This document shows positions 25,621-31,300 of a stretch of DNA of 34,080 bases, piece by piece. The notes below the pieces were generated by a model. It was not told where the DNA came from. It saw only the letters and a program-made list of their open reading frames with translations, and ran no database searches. The first letter of the stretch is position 1. Each line of letters begins with the position of its first letter. This DNA comes from a virus (Duplodnaviria > Caudoviricetes), in IMG/VR virus record IMGVR_UViG_3300043407_000008, positions 1-34,080 of that record. One strand, written 5' to 3'. The position numbers and the translations under genes are program-made.

Positions 25621-25756
25621 CAATACGTTTTGAGGTTTCAACATAGCGGTCATACTCCTCAATCTTCGCAGCCTGTTGCCCTGCTGATCTTCCTGCCGCC
25701 CACACGGCGAGGAAGTTCAGCAAGGGCTTAAGCAACGAAGAGATTAAACCAATCAT
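25541..25756 (-). CDS. i-spanin (Rz-like)
   Basis: N-terminal hydrophobic segment MIGLISSLLKPLLNFLAVWAAG followed by a helical region; ATG 25756 overlaps the holin stop. Confidence 0.7.
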   Translation of the reverse strand: MIGLISSLLKPLLNFLAVWAAGRSAGQQAAKIEEYDRYVETSKRIDAVEPIPDPDAAAEWLRRRAERQRNL

Positions 25757-25920
25757 GCTTTGCGTTTGGCAATCACAGACCAAACCGCAACGATGATTGT
25801 AGCCGCAGCACCACCAACAGTGGTTGCAGTCTCGCTATCAATCAAACCCTTGCCGACTAGATAGCCGCCAAGTGCAGATGCTAGTGCGCGGGCGATGCCG
25901 CCAATTTCAGTAGCACTCAT
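25753..25920 (-). CDS. Putative holin (55 aa, two hydrophobic segments), absent from the ORF track
   Basis: MSATEIGGIARALASALGGYLVGKGLIDSETATTVGGAAATIIVAVWSVIAKRKA; coupled to the endolysin stop; basic C-terminal tail. Confidence 0.75.
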   Translation of the reverse strand: MSATEIGGIARALASALGGYLVGKGLIDSETATTVGGAAATIIVAVWSVIAKRKA

Positions 25921-26465
25921 TTCTTTATTCCTTGAAACATCGCCAAGATGGCGTTGAAGATTGCAGCTAGACCAGACTCAGTTTTTTCTTTCTCAGTCAT
26001 AGTGTGCATGTCAGCAGTGACAGGCGTTAAGAACAGCTTGATCTCCGCCTCACGGCGATTGACCAGACCTTTGATCACCTCCCCTCCAGCTTTATTCCAC
26101 ATCCGAAAAGCAGCAGCAGCCTTGTCCTTGTGACCAACATTCAGTTCACGCAGCACAGTGCTTTTGGCAAAAGCATTCGGGCCGATGTTGTAGGCCAAAC
26201 ACACACACGCACCACGTTCATTTTGATTAACCTTGGTTGTGATCATTGCATCAACTGTAGATGCAAACTTATCGACGCCCATCCGCAACAAATCTTCAGC
26301 CCGATCCTGCGTGATAGTCATGCCTTTAGCTGGCACTATGCCAACATCAGCCATCGCGGTTGTGCCGTAGCCGATAGTCCAAATCCCAACGATGTCTTGA
26401 TAGGCCGTCAACTTGCAGCCTTCGTATTGCTTGATCAAATCAAGCGTTGCTTTATTCACGCTCAC
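25917..26465 (-). CDS. Endolysin, GH24 (T4-type) lysozyme
   Basis: E-x8-D-x5-T catalytic pattern (YEGCKLTAYQDIVGIWTIGYG), AYNIG and GLVNRREAE. Confidence 0.95.
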   Translation of the reverse strand: MSVNKATLDLIKQYEGCKLTAYQDIVGIWTIGYGTTAMADVGIVPAKGMTITQDRAEDLLRMGVDKFASTVDAMITTKVNQNERGACVCLAYNIGPNAFAKSTVLRELNVGHKDKAAAAFRMWNKAGGEVIKGLVNRREAEIKLFLTPVTADMHTMTEKEKTESGLAAIFNAILAMFQGIKK

Positions 26466-26716
26466 TTGTGCATATCCCTCTGGATTTCATCTAACTTTTT
26501 AAAGATGCTAGACAAGGCGTCCTTGATTTCTTTAAGTTCTCTGTCGTGTCCTTCTTTAGTTAAGGAAAACTCAGTTTTTATGACGGCGATCTCTACGGCA
26601 TGACCTTGTGTCATCTTGTAATGTGCCCACATAAAGGCAACGATAGGCAGCACTGCGAATTGCAGGAGAAGTTTAGCTAGTTCCATCAGGTCCATCTCCC
26701 GCTGCATATCAATCAC
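26462..26716 (-). CDS. Small membrane protein (one TM plus coiled coil), lysis-associated
   Basis: LLLQFAVLPIVAFMW segment then a heptad-rich tail; directly upstream of the endolysin. Exact start is uncertain. Confidence 0.6.
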   Translation of the reverse strand: MIDMQREMDLMELAKLLLQFAVLPIVAFMWAHYKMTQGHAVEIAVIKTEFSLTKEGHDRELKEIKDALSSIFKKLDEIQRDMHK

Positions 26717-26967
26717 TCACTTGGATACGGGAAACGGGCCTTGATCTTTGCGACTTTGGCTTGCCATTCCTCAAGGGTAGCTTCACCGCGCTGAGCCTTG
26801 AAGAACAGCGGGTCGGCTTCTGCGCGATATGCTGCGGCACGGGCTGCTTGTTGTTGCTCAAGGGTAGGGATGCTTGCAGCTATAGCCGCAGCTATCTCTT
26901 CGGGTGTATAGGGTCGAATAGTCTGCTCACCCGTAGAAGCGTCCGTGATGACTTCAAAGTAATCCAT
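26713..26967 (-). CDS. Fibre-associated small protein / assembly chaperone, copy 3
   Basis: MDYFEVITDASTG start; RAAAYRAEADPLFF...W..K...IKARFPYP resembles tail fibre assembly proteins. Confidence 0.7.
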   Translation of the reverse strand: MDYFEVITDASTGEQTIRPYTPEEIAAAIAASIPTLEQQQAARAAAYRAEADPLFFKAQRGEATLEEWQAKVAKIKARFPYPSE

Positions 26968-27653
26968 TATTTTACCCCGTAGATAAGGATAGAACCAGCA
27001 TTAAAGGTAGCTCCAGTTGACCAAGTAAATGCAATACTTGTGGAAGCAGTTGTTATACTTGGATTGCCGTAATTTGAAGTTGCAGTTGTTGCGCCAAGAG
27101 TTGTAGTAACAGTTGTAGCAATATACCTACCACTTACTAAATCAAAGACAGCATTTCCTGACACATTCCCAGTATTGTTTGGCGAAAAGTTAAATGGCCC
27201 AGTCATAATAAGCGTAGCAGCACTGCCACTGCTTTGACCGACAGCATTAAAAAATACATAAAGAATTTTATAGGATGTCAGCGTAAGCCCAGAAAGCGTC
27301 TGTGTAGTTCCACTGGTGGTAGTCAGCGTCCCAAGCAGCGTCATGCCGCCAGCCGCAGGAACATTAGCCAGCACAAACGCAGTCGTAGCAATCTGCGTTG
27401 TATTAGTCGCAACCGCAGCGGTCGGAGCAGTTGGTGTGCCTGTCAGCGCAGGAGATGCAAGGTTGGCCTTAAGGTTGTCCGCAGTAGTAACAAAAGCAGT
27501 CGTAGCAAGCTGCGTCGTGCTAGTTGCAGCCGTTGCGGTCGGCGCGGTCGGCACACCTGTCAGTGCAGCGGATGCCACGGAAAGACCATTGGGAAAGCTA
27601 GGTGAACCTGTGCCCGCAGCGTCAGTAACTGTATTAGCGCGAATCTCTGACAT
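26967..27653 (-). CDS. Auxiliary tail fibre / receptor-binding protein, copy 3
   Basis: Two S.ALTG.PTAPTA...TTQ.ATTAFV fibre repeats, then the shared C-domain MTLLGT...IYGVK. Confidence 0.75.
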   Translation of the reverse strand: MSEIRANTVTDAAGTGSPSFPNGLSVASAALTGVPTAPTATAATSTTQLATTAFVTTADNLKANLASPALTGTPTAPTAAVATNTTQIATTAFVLANVPAAGGMTLLGTLTTTSGTTQTLSGLTLTSYKILYVFFNAVGQSSGSAATLIMTGPFNFSPNNTGNVSGNAVFDLVSGRYIATTVTTTLGATTATSNYGNPSITTASTSIAFTWSTGATFNAGSILIYGVK

Positions 27654-27655
27654 GG

Positions 27656-27910
27656 TTATACCTCTGGATACGGATAGCGGGCTTCGATCTCAGCTATCTT
27701 GTCGAGCCACTGTTGTTGTGTAGCCTTGCCACGCTGGGCCATGAAAAAGAGAGGATCAGCTTCTAGGGCGTATGCTGTGGCACGGGCTGCTTGCTGTTGT
27801 GCAAGGGTTGGGATGCTTGCAGCTATGACGAAAGCAATCTCTTCGGGTGTGTATGGGCGGGTTGTTACTTCACCCGTGGAAGCATCTGTGATGACTTCGA
27901 AGTAATCCAT
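27656..27910 (-). CDS. Fibre-associated small protein / assembly chaperone, copy 2
   Basis: Close paralogue of 26713..26967 over its whole length. Confidence 0.7.
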   Translation of the reverse strand: MDYFEVITDASTGEVTTRPYTPEEIAFVIAASIPTLAQQQAARATAYALEADPLFFMAQRGKATQQQWLDKIAEIEARYPYPEV

Positions 27911-28884
27911 TATTTCACCCCGTAGATGCTGATAGAACCCGCATTAAACGTGCTTGCGCTGGTGGTCATACTAATAGAAGTGCTTGCTGTAGTTATGTTA
28001 GTTCGCAAGATAACTTGCTGAGTAACAGCGGTAGAGCTTGGAGCAGCTGCGGTTATTGAGCCAAGCGTAGAGACACCAGACCCCGTTGCTAAATCTATGT
28101 TAAGGATGCCGCGATATTGTCCTCCCCCAGCGATCAGTGTTGCGTTGATAGTGCAGTTTGCAAAAATATAATTGGAATTTGTAGAAACGTGACCGACACC
28201 ATTAAACACCGCAATCAAACCGATATATCCCGTGAGCGTTAGGCCAGAGAGCGTCTGAGTTGTGCCGCTTGTAGTAGTTAGTGTGCCAAGCAGCGTCATA
28301 CTTCCAGAACTTGCCCACGAAGGCGCTGCACTCGCACCACCAGAGGTGAGAACCTGACCAGATGTGCCGTAGTTACCGCCGCCGACGCCAAATTGACCTA
28401 GAGCGCCGATGTCAAATCGTGCGGCGGCAGATGTCTGGAATCTTATAAAACCCGCATCTTCGGCATTAAGGATAAGCCCACCCGTACCGCGATGCGTTAT
28501 AGTGCTGTTGGTATTAGCCCCACTATTCTCTCGAATAATACGCAGACCAAAGTCTGTGTTGGTGGCATCCCCGATAAAGTCGATGAAAGCATAGCCGTTG
28601 CCCGTTCTTCCAGCGCCAATCTCAACAAACCGAGATTCCGTGGTGGCTGCTAGCAGCCCAAGGTTTCCATTTACTCCAAGCTTTTGAGTAGGCGAACTTG
28701 TGCCAATCCCCATGTTGCCAGATGCGTCGATCCGCATCCACTCAACGCCGCCCGTAGCCACAGCCACTGTATCCGCCGCTGGAAAGAACATACCCGTGTT
28801 GGCATCTGCACCCTGCACCGATGGGGTAGCAGCAGACCCGTCAACCCCTGCAATGCCTGTCGTGCCGTTGATGGTAATGGACAT
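27910..28884 (-). CDS. Auxiliary tail fibre / receptor-binding protein, copy 2
   Basis: MRIDASGNMGIGTSSP fibre repeat, IDF...DFGLRI motif, GTSGQVLTSGG linker, then the shared C-domain. Confidence 0.75.
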   Translation of the reverse strand: MSITINGTTGIAGVDGSAATPSVQGADANTGMFFPAADTVAVATGGVEWMRIDASGNMGIGTSSPTQKLGVNGNLGLLAATTESRFVEIGAGRTGNGYAFIDFIGDATNTDFGLRIIRENSGANTNSTITHRGTGGLILNAEDAGFIRFQTSAAARFDIGALGQFGVGGGNYGTSGQVLTSGGASAAPSWASSGSMTLLGTLTTTSGTTQTLSGLTLTGYIGLIAVFNGVGHVSTNSNYIFANCTINATLIAGGGQYRGILNIDLATGSGVSTLGSITAAAPSSTAVTQQVILRTNITTASTSISMTTSASTFNAGSISIYGVK

Positions 28885-29135
28885 TAGATCACCTCCAGTG
28901 CGCGTAGTTCAACACGCCATGCTTGGCGCTGGGCAAGCACATCTGGCTTGCTCTTATCGTAGTCTGCCAGTGCCACATAATCTGTGCTGGCAAGAAGTTG
29001 CTTAATTTCAGCAATGCGGGCCGAGGTGGTAGCAGCTTGTGCAGCGGCTTCACAGGCGGCAATCTCTTGCGCGGTATAGGGGCGGATCGTTTGGTTGCCA
29101 GTGCTGGCGTCTGTAATGACTTCAAAGTAATCCAT
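28884..29135 (-). CDS. Fibre-associated small protein / assembly chaperone, copy 1
   Basis: Same N-terminus as copies 2 and 3 but a different C-half (LLASTDYVALADY...RQAWRVELR), resembling another tail-assembly-chaperone type. Confidence 0.7.
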   Translation of the reverse strand: MDYFEVITDASTGNQTIRPYTAQEIAACEAAAQAATTSARIAEIKQLLASTDYVALADYDKSKPDVLAQRQAWRVELRALEVI

Positions 29136-29779
29136 TATTTCACCCCGTAGATGCGGATAGAGCCAGCGTCGAATGTTCCGCCACCTGATCCAAAACTTAT
29201 GCTAGTAGATGACGTTGTAAGAGTATTTTGAACTCCCACATGATATGTAGTAGCGGCGGTGACGTTATTAGTTTCCGAAACAGCAAACACAGTGTTGTTA
29301 AATGCAAATGTTCCAGCCGTTAAGTCCACTGTAAGTATTCCCCAAACTCCTTGGGTATTCAGACAGCCAGTATTGATTTGTAAGCTAGAAAATGTCATAC
29401 CATTAGTAACTGTTGCGCTTACTCCTCTAACCACTGCCACTACTTGTTGATACGATGTTAGCGTTAAGCCAGATAAAGTTGCAGTAGCGCCGCTTGTAGT
29501 AGCAATAGTCCCAAGCAGCGTCATGCCACCAGTAACAATCCCAGTAAGAGCCGACCCATCAATCGCAGGAAGCGCACCAGTAAGCAGGGAAGATGCTACC
29601 GATCCAGTAAGCTGAGAACCAGCAATGCTCTTGTTCGTCAGCGTCTGCGTGGCGTCAGTGCCAACCAGCGTGGTGGTCACATCAGGAAGCGTCAGGGTGC
29701 GGTCTGTGTTAGTCGCAGGAGACGCTAATGTGAAAGTGCCCGTGCCAGAGGGGTTAGATGCTAGTGCAATTTTTGACAT
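29135..29779 (-). CDS. Auxiliary tail fibre / receptor-binding protein, copy 1
   Basis: DRTLTLPD..TTLVGTDATQTLTNK and LPAIDGSALTG fibre motifs, then the shared C-domain. Confidence 0.75.
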   Translation of the reverse strand: MSKIALASNPSGTGTFTLASPATNTDRTLTLPDVTTTLVGTDATQTLTNKSIAGSQLTGSVASSLLTGALPAIDGSALTGIVTGGMTLLGTIATTSGATATLSGLTLTSYQQVVAVVRGVSATVTNGMTFSSLQINTGCLNTQGVWGILTVDLTAGTFAFNNTVFAVSETNNVTAATTYHVGVQNTLTTSSTSISFGSGGGTFDAGSIRIYGVK

Positions 29780-31239
29780 CAGATCACCACATATCGTGCG
29801 CCCGAAGACACAGTGAGAGTTACACCAGAGTTGATGGTAATTGGTCCAGTTGACATAGCGTTCTTGTCCGCTGGGATCGTATAATTAGTTGTCATGGTCT
29901 GTCCGTTTTGAACAAAAACTTCATCAGCACCGCCGCCCGTAGCACCACCACCAACCGATCCCCAAGCGGAACCGCTGTAGCCTTCAAACTTGCCAAGGTC
30001 GGTGTTAAAGCGGAAGAAACCAGCAGCAGGAGAAACATCGCGGTTTGCTTGAGTGCTGGCAGGAACAACCGCAGAACCAGTGCTTGAGGTTTTAATTACC
30101 TTCTCAGCGTCCAACTCTTCAATAGCAGCCTGAACAGTAACCGCTGCAATGTTTCCAGCAGGAGTAAAGCCAATGCTAGAAGCTACACCAGACACATAGG
30201 CTGCAACCCAAGTTGAACCAGTATAAAGCTTCATTACTTGAGAGACGCTATTGAAGTATAGCGAACCAGCAAGCAGCGCATTGCCATCGTTATCTAGAGT
30301 AGGGTCACTTGCTTTAGCCCCAAGATACCGATCATCAAAATTATCGTAAGCTGAGAGCGTAGCGTCACGAGCAGATTCAGCAGCAGTCTGTGCTGCGCTT
30401 GCATTAGATGCACTTGTAGAAGCGGAAGATGCTGAGGAAGAAGCATTGCTTGCGCTGGTAGACGCAGCAGACGCAGAAGATGCAGCATTGGTCGCAGATG
30501 TAGAAGCCGCAGACGCAGAAGAAGTAGCGCTGCTTTGGCTTGCAGCAGCAGCCGCTTGACTTGTGCTTGCAGCAGCAGCAGATGCAGCAGCAGCAGTCTG
30601 AGAAGAAGTGGCGGAAGCCGCTGAGGAAGTTGCAGAAGCTTGGCTAGACGTTGCTGAGTTTTGCGAACTAAGTGCAGAGGCAGCGGATGCAGCAGCAGCC
30701 GTTGCGTATGCCTCTGCGTTTGCAACATTGGCAACCGTAGGTCCGTTAGTAACATTACCACTCGCATCAAAGGCCAAGACCTTGCTTGCGCGGTCAGTTG
30801 GCAAAGTCAGAGTAGCACTGAGATCATAGGGGTTGAGCGTAATGCTGCGATCAATGCGATCATCTTCATCAGCAATCATTGCCGTGAGAATATCTAGCTG
30901 TTCGTTTAGAGCAGCGCGGTTAATGTCAGCACCAGCAGAGAAGTCGCTTGTCCGCTCAAGTGGAGTAGCGCGGAAGATTACAACACGGCTTCCACCAGTA
31001 GCACCAAGGACTTGCTGAACCGCAGGGGGAGTAGCAGTAACAAACACCACGTTACCAGTAGAACCATCTCCACCAGTGAGCGTGTAGTGAGTGCCTTGTG
31101 TTTTGAGAACGCCATCAACATAGACATTTATGTCTGGGTCGTTGAAGAACTCAAACGGCACAGCAAATGTTTGCTGAGTTGCTCCTTGCGCAACAGTGTA
31201 GGCAATGCGCGGATTGTTGTCGGCAAGATTGATGGTCAT
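29779..31239 (-). CDS. Main tail fibre protein with T7 gp17-like N-terminal anchor
   Basis: FAVPFEFF...INVYVDG...HYTL...LNEQLD anchor; Ala/Ser-rich coiled coil; FDDRYLG; RFNTDLGKFEGY; C-terminal NYTIP...NAMSTGPITI domain. Confidence 0.88.
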   Translation of the reverse strand: MTINLADNNPRIAYTVAQGATQQTFAVPFEFFNDPDINVYVDGVLKTQGTHYTLTGGDGSTGNVVFVTATPPAVQQVLGATGGSRVVIFRATPLERTSDFSAGADINRAALNEQLDILTAMIADEDDRIDRSITLNPYDLSATLTLPTDRASKVLAFDASGNVTNGPTVANVANAEAYATAAAASAASALSSQNSATSSQASATSSAASATSSQTAAAASAAAASTSQAAAAASQSSATSSASAASTSATNAASSASAASTSASNASSSASSASTSASNASAAQTAAESARDATLSAYDNFDDRYLGAKASDPTLDNDGNALLAGSLYFNSVSQVMKLYTGSTWVAAYVSGVASSIGFTPAGNIAAVTVQAAIEELDAEKVIKTSSTGSAVVPASTQANRDVSPAAGFFRFNTDLGKFEGYSGSAWGSVGGGATGGGADEVFVQNGQTMTTNYTIPADKNAMSTGPITINSGVTLTVSSGARYVVI

Positions 31240-31279
31240 TGGCTACCTCTTTGCGATACTATTCGCAGCGCAAGGATGC

Positions 31280-31300
31280 TGCATCAACGCACAAACCTAC
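31280..31300 (-). promoter_or_regulatory. Putative late-promoter motif upstream of the tail fibre operon
   Basis: Minus strand GTAGGTTTGTGCGTTGATGCA, 19/21 identical to 12310-12330. Confidence 0.6.

Noticed and set aside
27380-27580. Internal tandem duplication in fibre copy 3
   Set aside because: This is the common S.ALTG.PTAPT...TQ.ATTAFV tail-fibre repeat, ordinary for such proteins.
26713-29779. Diversity-generating retroelement or invertase shufflon acting on the fibre tips
   Set aside because: No reverse transcriptase or site-specific recombinase is visible. The repeats are direct rather than inverted, and the tips differ far beyond adenine-specific substitutions.
30380-30720. GCA/GCT-rich quasi-repeats
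   Set aside because: Explained by the Ala/Ser-rich coiled-coil stalk of the tail fibre. The overlapping Leu-rich ORFs are shadow frames.
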